Of a stretch of 64,000 nucleotides of DNA, positions 51,949 to 64,000 are shown piece after piece. Below the pieces are notes generated by a model, which saw only the letters and a list, made by a program, of their open reading frames with translations, did no database searches and had not been told where the DNA came from. Source of the DNA: Eledone cirrhosa (Eukaryota); assembly GCA_964016885.1 (NCBI GenBank), contig OZ024743.1:164672001-164736000 (forward strand), in the 5' to 3' direction. Position 1 is the stretch's first letter. Each line of letters begins with the position of its first letter. A program made the translations under genes and the position numbers.

Positions 51949-52628
51949 TATATATATATATATTGGAAAATCGGACAAAGGAAACAATGTTTTCGTCGGT
52001 CTTTCCAGTTGCTAGTACTATCTATCGGTCGCAACTCCAGGTAGAAGGAGCAACGTGAAATAAAGTGTCTTGCTCAAGTACATAATGAAACATTTGGAGA
52101 CATCAAAATGAAAATAAACTTATCTTAATGAAGTCTTCATAACAATCACTATATATAGTAATAATAATAAATTTGAAGACTAAAATCCAAAGAGGGCTTG
52201 ATAAGGATAAATATATATCAAATATATAAGAACCGTAGAGCAAATATTTATTTATATAACAGATTAAAGTTTAAGCAATGAATCGCTGCTTTCACCCTTA
52301 ACGGGATCTTCTGAAACTAAAAAAATCAATCTGTAAACGCAGAAGGAAATATTTTGAAAAACATTGCAACCGAAGGAAGACAGGAAGACGATACTTTGGT
52401 TCGTGGAAACGTTCCCTGGCAAAGAACGGAAAAAAACGAAGATAATACGTCATTATTTGGAGCGGTGAGAACAATTACACGCAAAGACAAAACTATGTTT
52501 ATAGGATAAATGAAGTCGTAGACTAATATTCTATTAGGTGGTTCGTGGAGACGTTCCCTGGCAATGAACGGAGAAAAACGAAGATAATACGATGAGAACA
52601 ATTACGCGCAAAGACAAAACCATATATA

Positions 52629-53530
52629 TCTACTTATATATATAACCAGCAATTTCTCTGTCTGTCTGTCCGACAGTGGATACACGTGCGTAGAGAGAGA
52701 GTGAGAGTGAAAGAAAGAGACAGACTACGAGAGGGGGATAGCGGGAGGGAGAGAGAGAGAGTGAATAGACGCTAAAACACGTGCTATAGAAACATTACCT
52801 TCCCCTCTCCACTGATTTTGGTCACTGAGGCCGAGAGAATCGCTGGTTGCTATAGAGACACCTTGCACAAGCCAGAAGTAACCAGTTCGAGGCGGTTCTG
52901 ATTTGACACCATGCGAAGAAGGTTGCCATTGAATTTGTGGTTGTTGCTGCTGATAATAAGGACCATTCGAAGAAGGTTGCTGCTGATGAGGTAATTTATT
53001 AATCAGATTGCGCAGTTCCATAACCTACGTTTGATTTGTTCAATTCTTTTCTTCAATTTTTTTTTTTTTTTTTTTTAAATTTCTTATTGAAAAAATATAA
53101 ATAATAAAATAAGGTTAGAAATTTAAATACAATTAAATACGATTTAATTTCCATTTCCAGCAGCCAATGTCCAGTGTTCAATTTCATGAAAAAATTGGAA
53201 ATAATTCAAAAAATTGAAGTTTAACTTTTGAACATTTGTTTTGACAATAAAAAAATATTTCCCTATTCACACCTAATGGTATGATTAAAATTTCATAGGA
53301 ATATTTTTTTCTAACCGCCAGTTATTTATTTTCTCCTTTTTCGTTTTAACATATATTTATTTCAAAGATTTCACCGTATAGATAACATATATATTTATAC
53401 ATGCATAAAAGACACACCGAGAGACGGTGAACATGGGGTGCCGAAAACATTTCTCATCCAAATCTCAACAATATCAGTATATACACTAGATTTGCTAGCA
53501 GAAAACCGCCCACGGGTGGTTTTCTGCTAG
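52629..53530 (+). mobile_element. Non-autonomous Helitron
   Basis: A|TCTACTTATATATA..CTGTCTGTCTG start; terminal hairpin and CTAG|T at 53495-53530. Confidence 0.7.
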
Positions 53531-53816
53531 TCTATATCTATAAAAATGAAAATGTCTGTCTGTGGGTGTGTGTCTGTTCCGCAGCAACTTTTGATCCGCA
53601 AGGCCGATTTTCAAAATATTTTTTGTAATCAACCATAAACTTATCAGGGCAGGTCGGCACGACATTGCGAATGATGGACTCCCCCTATGCCCAGGTAAAA
53701 AATCGATAAAACTGACTATAGGTACGACTTTGCACAGAAAAAATCTCTATATCTATAAAAATGAAAAAGAAAGAGTGAGAGTGAAAGAAACAGACAGACT
53801 AAAAGAGGGGGATAGC

Positions 53817-53878
<62 letters not shown>

Positions 53879-54040
53879 CAGACGCTGTGTTTGATACATG
53901 ACAGTGGAAGAGGGGAAGGAATGCTATAACTAATTAACATGTGTGTGTGTGTGTGTGCGCGTGTGTGTGTGTGCGTGCACGTGTGTGTGTGCGTGCGTGT
54001 GTGTGTGTGTGTTTGTGCAGCGTTCCAGTAAGAGTTAAAT
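53531..54040 (+). mobile_element. Two further Helitron 5' segments in tandem
   Basis: TCTATATCTATAAAAATGAAAA at 53531 and about 53746; 53770-53830 matches 52697-52765. Confidence 0.55.
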
Positions 54041-54236
54041 CTATTAAGCGAGGATAATACGTCGTTATATGGACCGAGAAGAACAATTTCATGCAAAGAC
54101 AAGACCAAGTTTATGGTGTAAATGGAGTCGTTAGACTAATATTCTATTTAAGATAACCGAATGATTTCCAGCCCCGGAGTTTAAGAATAATGTAAATAAA
54201 ATTGTAAACGAAAATGATAGAGGTTATTAAAATAGT

Positions 54237-54345
54237 TGTTCCTACTTTTGGCACAAGGCCAGCAATTACCCAGTACATTACTGGTACTTTATTTTATCGA
54301 TCCCGTATGGATGAAAGGCAAAGTTAACCTCGACGGGATTTTAAC
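54237..54345 (-). mobile_element. SINE 3' fragment (same family as 1730-1913)
   Basis: Reverse complement of about 1805-1913. Confidence 0.8.
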
Positions 54346-54839
54346 TTTGCCTTAAAATAGTAAAAGTAAATAGTGAAGATTTAGGCCAGTACATACGTAT
54401 GCGCCGACGAACATACCATACATATACATACGCGCACACACACACACACACACACACGGGCGCGCGCGTGTGTATAAACCTATGCATTTCTACAGTATTT
54501 TCACCAAACTTAGAACATAGGTTACTTATGTACTCCGGATGGTCATGGGCACTTTTATTTTTCCAGATATTGATTATAGGGCCTCCCGGCAGATAACCCC
54601 CTTTAACCACTTCCTTGGTCAAGTCACAGTTCTTAGCCATTTTGAATTCGTTTCTGGCGGGGATCATTTAAGAAAAATCTTCGTCCAAGTGAGTTTGTTT
54701 CCTGATGATTTCGAAACTCCTGAATTTATCCTTGATCGGATATTTCCAAAAAGCCATAGGGACCAACCCAGGCTGAGCAGACACCATGATAGCATCGAGA
54801 TTGATTCTGACACAGCCTTTATTATTTGGCCAACATCTT

Positions 54840-56094
54840 TATAACACACACACATTTTACTTTACTTGATTTTTGATTTTTGATTTCTCATTATTCATTT
54901 GTTATTTGTTTTCTGTTTTCTTCACTTTATCACCTTATATTTATATTTAAGTTGAGATTGGTTATAACACACACACATTTTATTTGATTATCCTATTTCG
55001 CTTTATTCTTTTACCATCTTGTTCCTCGTACCACTTTATCCAACATATTTCTGACCTTGAGATTGGTTATAGCACACACACATTTTATCTTATTTTATTT
55101 GAATCTTCATTTTTATTTTTCACTTTTCATTTTTCATTACTTTTTCATTAATTTTTCATTTATTCTCTATTTATTATTTATTTTCTGTTTTCTTCATTTT
55201 ATTGCCTTCTATTTCTTCATATACATGGCAGAACCCCCCCCCCCCCCCCCCCTGCCCCCACCACCACGGGAGATGGTGGCAGGAGGGATGAAGAAACACA
55301 CACACAGATACTTCTAAATTGTCAGCAGCAGCAAGACATAAGCTGACCACATCACCTACAACACTACCAAAATAAGGGTAGAAGTCAGATGTACTTAACA
55401 ATAGCAAACACAAACACTACAGGGAGCCTCACCCCAGAAAGAATTTCTATACACTTTGGACTGAGGAATGCTCTCAAAACTGACCAATAGGAAGTGACCT
55501 TACAAATCTTTATAACATTGAGATGGGTATAACACACACACACATTTTATTCAATTATTTTATTTTATTTTGTTCCTTTACCATCTTATTCCTTCTACCA
55601 CTTTATCATTTTTTTTAGCTGACTCCAACAACAACACCACTACCAACATAAGAATAGAGGTCAGATGTACCTAACAATAACACAAACAACAACTACAGAT
55701 TGGCTTGCCTCAGAACGAATTTCTATAGACTTTTGACTGAGGAATGTTCTAGCAACTGACCAATGAGAGGAGAAGAGACCCTTTGACGCTGAAATTCGTT
55801 TGTTTAAATTCATATGATTCCAGTTCCTCAGTGAAATAACAAGCCAACCAGGAACTGGGCATATCAGAGTATTGACAAAGTTATACACCTCAACAACATG
55901 TGTACTCGTCTCAACCACACTAATTCGGACTGCCTGAAGAGGTCACAGCCAAAGATGGCTGTCACCGAAAAATATATATAGCAGTAATAAACGAAGCCAA
56001 ATTTTAAACATTTGACTTATTTATTTTATTTTATTTTATTTTATGTATATATATATGTATATGTATATATATATATGTGTATATATATATATAT

Positions 56095-56125
<31 letters not shown>

Positions 56126-56665
56126 GTATATATAAATGTATATATATACATATATATATGTATATATATATAAAATAAAGTTAAATAAAAAGTCAAATGA
56201 TTAAAATTTAGCTTCGTTTATTACTGCTATATATATTTCAGTGACAGCCATCTTTGCCTGTGACCTCTTCAGGCAGTTTGAATTAGTATGGTATAGACAA
56301 GTACATATGTTGTTGAGGTGTATAATATTGTCAATACTCTGATATGCCCAGTTCCTGTTCCTCAGTGAAATAACAACCCAACCAGGAATTGGGCATATCA
56401 GAGTATTGACAATATTATACACCTCAACAACATATGTACTTGTCTATACCATACTAATTCAAACTGCCTGAAGAGGTCACAGCCAAAGATGGCTGTCACT
56501 GAAATATATATAGTAGTAATAAACGAAGCTAAATTTTAATCATTTGACTTTTTATTTAACTTTATTTTACACTACTCCGGAGTAACCAAACCAACCTGCG
56601 CACTTCGTCGAGTGCTCCAGTCTGCATACTGAGGTGTTGGTATACAACCAACATAAACTCAAAAT
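54840..56665 (+). mobile_element. PLE-type non-coding 3' region with internal repeats and three HHR copies (55929-55985+, 56223-56277-, 56463-56517+)
   Basis: ACUGC/GCAGU stem I, CUGAAGA, GGU.ACAGCCA/UGGCUGU.ACC stem II, GAAA, AU-rich palindromic stem III; repeated TTGAGATTGGTTATAACACACAC upstream. Confidence 0.75.
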
Positions 56666-56771
56666 CTATGTATATATATATATATGCATATATATATATG
56701 TGTATATATATGTATATATATATATGTATATAAATATATATGTATATATATATGGATATATATATATATAT

Positions 56772-57101
56772 GTCAACTCTGGATGTCGGTGAGCATGTCC
56801 AGCTAACCTCAGTCTCCTATGTGTCACTTTAGAGCTGACTTTTGGGAGGCTCCCATACAGCTCTGAGTTTTTCATCCTCAGTGTATACATTGCACTCATT
56901 GTATACATTGACATTGCACTCAGTGCTCCCGTGGGAGCCCCTACATGGACACACTGAAAGAGGAAGACCAAGGTTAACGTATGTTGATGCCCTAAGGACA
57001 GACACTGGTCTGTTGGAGACACAGGACATGGCAGCGATAATGAGGGACAGAGATCGCTGGAGAGAACTCCTCCATGGATCTCGAGAATTTTACCTGCCCT
57101 A
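56772..57101 (+). mobile_element. RTE 3' fragment with 5' inversion
   Basis: 56772-56888 is the reverse complement of about 28119-28235; 56908-57101 matches 28231-28425. Confidence 0.88.
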
Positions 57102-57280
57102 GAGAGATATATATATATGTATATATATATATGTATATATATATATGTATATATATGTATATATGTATATATATGTATATATGTATATATATGTATATAT
57201 ATATATATATGTATATATATGTATATATATATGCATATATATAGATATATGTATATATATATGTATATATATATATATAT

Positions 57281-57333
57281 CATGCAAGCGTGGAAGATGG
57301 ACGTTAAACGATGATGATGATGATGATGATGAT
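57281..57333 (+). mobile_element. SINE/LINE 3' tail ending in (GAT)n
   Basis: CATGCAAGCGTGGAAGATGGACGTTAAACG(ATG)n; similar to 58038-58070. Confidence 0.55.
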
Positions 57334-57448
57334 ATATGTATATATATATGTGTGTATATATATATATATATGTATATATATATGTATATATATATATATA
57401 TATATCTATATCTATATATATATATATATATATATCTCTATATATATA

Positions 57449-57656
<208 letters not shown>

Positions 57657-57689
57657 GTTTGTACATTTATATAATGCAAAAACGTAATA

Positions 57690-58072
57690 CTGGCGTTATG
57701 ACAAGACGCTCCCAATCCACCCGGTAAAGTGGTAATGCTTGTGGCACGATAAAAAGCACTTACCCCACCCTAGTGCAAGTAGTATTGCTAGTGCCTTGAT
57801 AAAATGCACTCAGTCCTCCCTCTAAAGTGACTATGCTAATGCCACGATAAAATACACCCAGTAGACTCTGTAAAGTGGTCGTGCAGGTGCAACGAAAAAA
57901 TGCCCTTCGTGCACCCTGTAAAGCAATAGGTGTTAAGAAGGGCATCTATCCCTAGAATCGATACCAAATATGGAACGTATGAGCACGACGTTGTCAACTG
58001 TCCGTTTTAGTTTCAGAACCTGACAACCAGTCAAGCCCATGCCAGCGTGGGCAGCGGTCATAACATTGATAA
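57690..58072 (+). mobile_element. Degenerate SINE 3' half with ~45-50-bp internal subrepeats
   Basis: Repeated TGCCACGATAAAA.GCAC...CTGTAAAGTGG units, then TAAGAAGGGCATC and CCCATGCCAGCGTGG tail. Confidence 0.55.
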
Positions 58073-58389
58073 TATATATATATATTCGTGAGTGAATAAC
58101 AATAATATTATATCATAATATTATTAATATTCGGTTTGTTTACAAGTAAATAGCCTCATAAACAGCACGTGGTAGATGACGACGTCCTCTTTTTATTCCA
58201 GCGGTAACTGAGAGAAAAATAATCGACAATTGACAATTGTCTCGGAGTGTCTTGCTCCTTGTCAAGATTGTGTAACTGCTGAGAATACGTAGTATTCTGA
58301 AATGTATATATCAGTTGATAAGCCACATTTGTATATTGGTCTTTGCCTGTATTTCTTGTTGTTGGATACTGGGTGGGTGGTGCTCAGGA

Positions 58390-58920
58390 AGGTAAGAATT
58401 TTTATTTAGAGAAGCTGCTGTTTTTTTAGGGCTGCGTTATAGTAAGGGCCGCCCTGTCAAAGATAGCTTTGCTAGAAGAGAGGCTGGATATCACCTTGCA
58501 GATATTTTTGATGTGGTTTTTTTTAAAGATATGTGGATAGCAAGAATCCTTCTATATGTACCTAGGTTTTTTGCTGTGCTTGTGAAACGGTCTGTGTGTG
58601 AACCATAAAAGCGGTCATGACTACGACACATTTAGAAAGAACCTAATAACCTCGTTAGCAACATAGGACTAAAAATTACCATATCTACCAACCTCGGCAC
58701 TGTTAATTTCCTAGACATAAACTTAGATCTACACGCACAGCCTAGTGAAAAAGCTAGGTACATACATACAGATTTTTGCCATATACTTATAGTCTTCAAA
58801 GACCTCATCGAAAATATCAGCCAGATGGTATTCAACCTTCTTTTCTTCTAGCAAAACTATATTTGACAGGGAAGCCCGCTACTATAACACAGTCATCAGA
58901 AACGACTTCTCTGAGAAAAT
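58390..58920. pseudogene. Two old family-X-type PLE RT fragments in opposite orientation
   Basis: Plus strand: GLKITISTNLGTVNFLDINLDL..YIH..SSKTIFD.EA.YYN. Minus strand: RPFHK..ISSLSSSKAIFDRAA..YYNAAL. Confidence 0.65.
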
Positions 58921-58995
58921 TTCTTACGCTGAACCCTTGGATATTTTATACCGACTTTTTTCTACAATATATATATATGTGTGTGTGTATATTTT

Positions 58996-59048
<53 letters not shown>

Positions 59049-59050
<2 letters not shown>

Positions 59051-60847
59051 TGTTATACTTGGGGAGGGTCATATTTGTGTAATATTGCCAGAATTAATAA
59101 CAGAACACACTCACTGTTTGGTTGGTTTTCGCTTCTGTGTCTTTTATATCGGTAATCTAATTTATTCAGTCCTCAATGTTTCCATTGACTGACCGACGGT
59201 AAAAAATAATACAGATACAATATAGACACAAACACATATATATAGTTTATCAAAGTTCTTTCGTTGCACATCTGCAACATCGTCAGTGGTGCTATTGTTT
59301 CCTCCCGTTACATTGTATGTCTACGCCATTTTTATTTAGTCTGTCTATATATTTATTTATTTATTTGTTTGTTTGTTTATTTTTTATTTTGTCTTCTTTG
59401 CGCATGCGTGTGTGTATAGTGTTTTGTTTGATGTGTGTTCGTGATTGTATTCTATGTATTCTATGTATTCTATTTTTACTAGTGTGTGTTTATATGTGTT
59501 TGTTGTTATTGTGCTTGTGTATGTATTTATTTATTTATTTATCTATTTATTTATTTATTTATTTATTTATTTATACTTCTCTTAGGTCAGTGTTGTTTGT
59601 TTGGGTGTTGTTGTTATTCCATTCATTCTTTCTGTTCAGTCTTGGCCTTCTAAGTTCTATTTCACTGGCCTCTCTGATTTGCCTATCTGCTGGGTCATTT
59701 CTATGTTTAGATATTATTCTAATTTCTATGTTGTCTATGTTACCGTCGTGTTGTTGTCTGGCATGTTCGTATAGTACTGACCCGTTTTTTCGTCCTTTTA
59801 GTTCCCCCCAGTGTTGGTCTATCCTTTCACCTATGCTACGAGCTGTCTCGCCTATGTATGTTGTTGTCATGTTTCTGCAAGTACCCTCTGTACATCTTAT
59901 GCTATAGACTACGTTTCTAGTTTTACAGTTTATCCGGGGGTTTACCTTACATATGATACATTTCCTATTAGTACAGTAGGTTTTCTTAAAAGGGTAGGTT
60001 TTGCTGATCAGGGATTTTATGGTGGTTCCTGGCTTTTCTACCACCTTAATCTTTAAGTGGGTCTTTCTCAGGGCCTTTCTACACTGGTTAGCTAATTTCC
60101 CTCCAGGGGTAGCGTCCACAAACATGACACTTTGGTATCTCTGGTTGTCGTACCATGAGGTGGCTTTCCCTATCTTATGTCTAGCCCTATCTAAGCTATT
60201 CCATGATTTTCTCCTGTATAATGGGCAAATTATACAATTCCTTTCATGTCCAGTTCTATGAGGGTCTTATACTTCTCCATGGCTCCTTCGTATACTCTGA
60301 CTCTGTCTCTTTGGTTGTAGCCAGAGAACTGCATGCGGTTGATGAAGTGTTGGATGTGTCGTTCCATTTCTGTTGGGTCGCACATGCGGGACACATTCTT
60401 CATCACTCGTACCAAATCTGCGATCAGAATATTAAACTTAGCACTACTGGATATTGCTGAGTTTTTGAGTATCAGGTATTTGGAGGCCATGGGTTTAGCA
60501 TAGTGTGAGTGGAGAATTTGGGCTCTCTCGTCTATAGTGTTAATCCAGAGTTCCGTGTCTAATACAGGTAGTCTATTGTTAGGGTGTTTGGAAGGGAAGT
60601 CGATAGTTACAGTTATACTCTGGTGTATGGAATTAGCTATCTGCTGGATGCTTTCCATTGTGCTACATTCTAAATCAAACTTGTTAGTGCTCTCTAGTGA
60701 GGATGTTCTTATAACTATATTGATATCGTCTACGTAACGAGAGTACATGATGAGGTCTATGGAGCTCTCATTAAGGAGATTTTTAAGTCTCCTTTCCCAC
60801 CATACCATGAAAAGGTTGGCAACATCACCAGCTATGCTGACGCCAAT
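59049..60847 (-). mobile_element. 5'-truncated PLE family P1
   Basis: ORFs 60230-60808 and 59571-60125 match P1 (YVDD, GIY-YIG); one frameshift; 3' UTR present. Confidence 0.93.
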
Positions 60848-61149
60848 ATATATATATATATATAATATAGTTAATACTTCACCATTTTCTTTGGTGAGAT
60901 GAGAGAAGCTCTATGCGCATTAGAGTCCTCTGTTCCCCAGGAGTACAAAGTGGACGATTAAGTAATCGACCGTTGAAATATCCTGTTTTTAATGGCGATT
61001 CCAGTAGCAGACCATTTAAAGTTCAATATTTGAAAAAAGTCAAGGATATGAAATTATTATTTATTCTTTCATTTCTACTCACGTTTCAATTGAAATATTT
61101 AGGTATATTCATGTTGCCAAAAGAAAGAAACACACGCACCCTATAATTT

Positions 61150-62800
61150 TCACTTTATCTTTATTTTTATTGTTCATTTGTTTTTTAAAGTTCTTTCGTC
61201 ACACATTCTCTGACTTCCTCAATGATTATCTGTTTTGTGCCTCCTCTTTTTCCTAATCTTAAATTTCTATTCCACCTTGTCTTTGTTTTGTGTTGCGCTT
61301 TTGTGTTTCGTGTATGCGCATGCGTTTGCGCCTGCGTCTGCGTGTGTGTATATGTTTTCGTGTTTGCCATGCCTACGTGTGTTGTATGTGTGTGAGTTTA
61401 TATCGTTTGCTGGTTTGCTGTTTGTGTCTTTTATTTTTCTCTATTCTGTCTTCAGTTGCGGACTGTTACTGCTCCACTCGTATTTTCTGTTCAGGCTCGG
61501 ACTATCTTCTAATGTTGCGTCAGTTCTCTGTGGATAGGATCTTTATTTCAATGTTGTCTATTGAGCCCTCGTGTTCTAGTTTGGTATGTTGGTATAGCAC
61601 TGATGAGCTGTTCTCCTCCTTAAGTTCTCACCAGTGTCCCTTTAATCTCTCTTCTATACTAAGGGCTGTCTCTCCTATGTATGTCGTTATCTTGTTTCTG
61701 CATCGTCCCTCTCTATATCTTTCTTCTAGTTTTACAGTTTATCTGTGGGCTTAACTTACAGACTATACAGTTTCTATCAGTAGAGGGGGTTCTCCTAAGC
61801 GGGTATGTCCTACTGATCCAGGATTTTATGATAGCTCCTGATTTCTCTACTTTAATCCTAAGGGTCATTTTTTTCTAAAGCTCTTCTAAAACGGTACGCT
61901 AGTTCGCCTCTAAGTGTAGCATCGACGAACATGACACTGGTATTTTTGGCTGTCATACCACGAGTTGGCCTTCCCTATCCTTTTCTTAGTCCAATCTATG
62001 CTGTTCCATGATTTGCTCCTGTATAGTGGACAAATCCCATTCATATCATTCTCCATAAGGGTTTTGAATTTAGCTATGGCTCCTTTGTACACGTTGATCC
62101 TGTCTGTTTGGTTATAACCAGAGAACTGCATGCGGTGGATAAAGTGCTGTATGTGTCTCTTTAACTCTGTTGGATCACACATGTAGGACACATTTCTAAT
62201 CACTCTTACCAGGTCAGCTATCAAGATATTGAACCTAGCAGTATCTGAGACAGCTGAGTTCCGGTGTATCAGGTACTTGGAGGCCATGTGTTTGGTATAA
62301 TGTGAATGGAGGATTTGGGCTTTATCATTCCTAGTTTCCATCCAGAGTTCTGTATCCAACATGAGTAATCTATTGTCGTGGTGTTTAGTAGGGTGGCCCA
62401 CTGATCTGGTATATGGAGCTAACTATTAACTGGATGCTCTCCGTGGTGCTAGCTTCTAGTTCCGATTCATGAACACTCTCTCGTGGGATAGTTTTAACTA
62501 CTCTATTAATATCGTCAACATAGTGAAAGTACATGGATTTGGCTATGGAGTTCTCAACTAAGCGTTCTTTGAGGCTCCGGTTCCACCACAATATGAACAG
62601 ATTGGCCATACTGTCAGTGACGTATGTTTTATTATTGAACTTAAACACATGGTCCTTTAGGATAGTTTTAATACTCGCTCCAACCGCATGAGCGATCATT
62701 CTTTTCACCTGGCCGTTGTTTTCTGGGGTCCGTTTGGCTCTGGTCCTCCTGCTTCATCTTTCCATGGTGGTGTTTGGGCAATGAGGTTATGGTGGGAGGT
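61150..62800 (-). mobile_element. Diverged relative of PLE family P1, degraded
   Basis: RPPTITS, AHAVGASIKTILKDH.FKFN, YVDD, LDTELW, HSHY.K.MASKYLI, MQFSGY, YIGETA.S; several frameshifts. Confidence 0.88.
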
Positions 62801-63204
62801 CTACAAATACATAAACGTATATATATATATACATAAACAAATACTCGGATATCGAGTTTTGAAACGCAAGTGTAGTAAAATGGAAAACAACTCGGCGTAT
62901 GGAAGCTGTTAAAACAGAAAAATACCGTCGAAGCGGCGTTGGGTAAAATATTACCTGGAAGGACAGAGATCAGCAGCTCGGTGTGATGAGGCGGCGGCGA
63001 CGACGGCAACAACAACCCGATTTCGAGTAATGGCATCACTTGATATTTAAACATGAGCATCACGGACCTGGTTTTTTAGTCCTGCTAGGGACTTGCCTAT
63101 GGCCAGTCATACCATCATGCACTGCACAAACTGTCACATATCAAGCGCTGTATGAGTATGTATGTATGTATGTATGTATGTATGTATGTATGTATGTATG
63201 TATG

Positions 63205-63235
<31 letters not shown>

Positions 63236-64000
63236 CCCAGGACAAAAACAAAACCTGACAAAGGGCAGAAGAACGCATAAGAGTCAACGGCCATCAAAAG
63301 TGTGTAAATATGTATATACACATGTACATATGTATGTATATGTATATGTGTATATACATGGGTGCATGTGTATGGATATGCACGGGGACATAGAAATAGT
63401 CGGACTGGACACCCGATCGCGTGGTTAAGCCACTGGGAGTGAAGGACCCCTAGCTTTTGTCAGGGCATTCTTCTAGGAGAAGGCAACTCAGGAAACTGGG
63501 ATAACTCCAATATAAAACCTGCAGCTCAGTAGTTACCGATGATGTTGATCTTTTCTTCTTTTCGGGTTATAGCTACTGTCGCTCAGAGAGTGGGATTGGC
63601 TCAGTGCACAGTCTTTCCTCACTTTAAAAAATATCTTCACGCACAGGCATTGCACGATAGAATTAATTAATAATTATTAATAATGGTATATGTGCAATGG
63701 CCATACTCGATAACGATGGGGCAGCCATCATGTATGTATTCATCCATGTATGTATGCATATATAAAGGGTGGACGAACACACGAGAGTCAATGGCCATCC
63801 AACAATGTGTATACTCTGTGGGTGTATAAATGTATATATGTGGGTATGTGTGGGATTGGTTGCATGTACGTGTGTATTTTTTATTTACTTATTTTATTAT
63901 TATTATTATTTCATTTATCTTGCTTTATGTTCATACGAGTTATCACCAAGTCACAACCAGTGACCGCAGGAGACAACAAGGCCGCCATGCTGAAGAAAGA

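Larger units (their letters stand above)
52155..54150 (-). mobile_element. 3' UTR/pseudo-LTR of the family X PLE, interrupted by Helitrons
   Basis: 52155-52620 and 54050-54150 match 10300-10825 in reverse; CAGAAGA hammerhead-like motif at 52268-52318(-). Confidence 0.75.

Noticed and set aside
54690-54720. CTGATGA-TTTC-GAAAC hammerhead-like core
   Set aside because: No stem I or stem II can form.
57690-57930. Regularly spaced ~45-bp repeats resembling a CRISPR array
   Set aside because: Degenerate subrepeats of a SINE with homologous 'spacers'; eukaryotic context and no cas genes.
63385-63660. Segment reminiscent of an RTE 5' UTR or SINE (TAGGAGAAGGCAACTC)
   Set aside because: Based on recollection only; there is no second copy or ORF in the window to support it.

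Overview
AT-rich eukaryotic (metazoan) DNA with no recognisable host gene. The SINE/LINE repertoire resembles what I recall from octopod cephalopods; that is an inference, not a search result. The window is a nested pile of mobile elements, most of them sitting in (TA)n/(TG)n microsatellites. It contains: (i) several families of Penelope-like retroelements (PLEs; RT plus C-terminal GIY-YIG endonuclease), one copy with an uninterrupted RT-EN frame (44654-47014), many showing PLE-typical inverted or tandem 3' ends; (ii) about 14 distinct families of type I hammerhead ribozyme (HHR) motifs folded by eye, including U3-A8, U4A/U4C, U.U- or C.A-closed and very long stem II variants; (iii) a 638-bp retrozyme-like HHR unit; (iv) two groups of 420-595 bp non-coding units with the PLE insertion signature (TA target, tandem plus inverted copies) but no HHR, whose divergent subfamilies keep hairpins and short motifs; (v) a near full-length CR1/L2-group LINE, an RTE LINE and fragments, a CRE-like endonuclease fragment, tRNA-type SINEs and non-autonomous Helitrons. 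Most short ORFs in the track are microsatellite artefacts. All RNA folds and family assignments are manual and need computational or biochemical confirmation.
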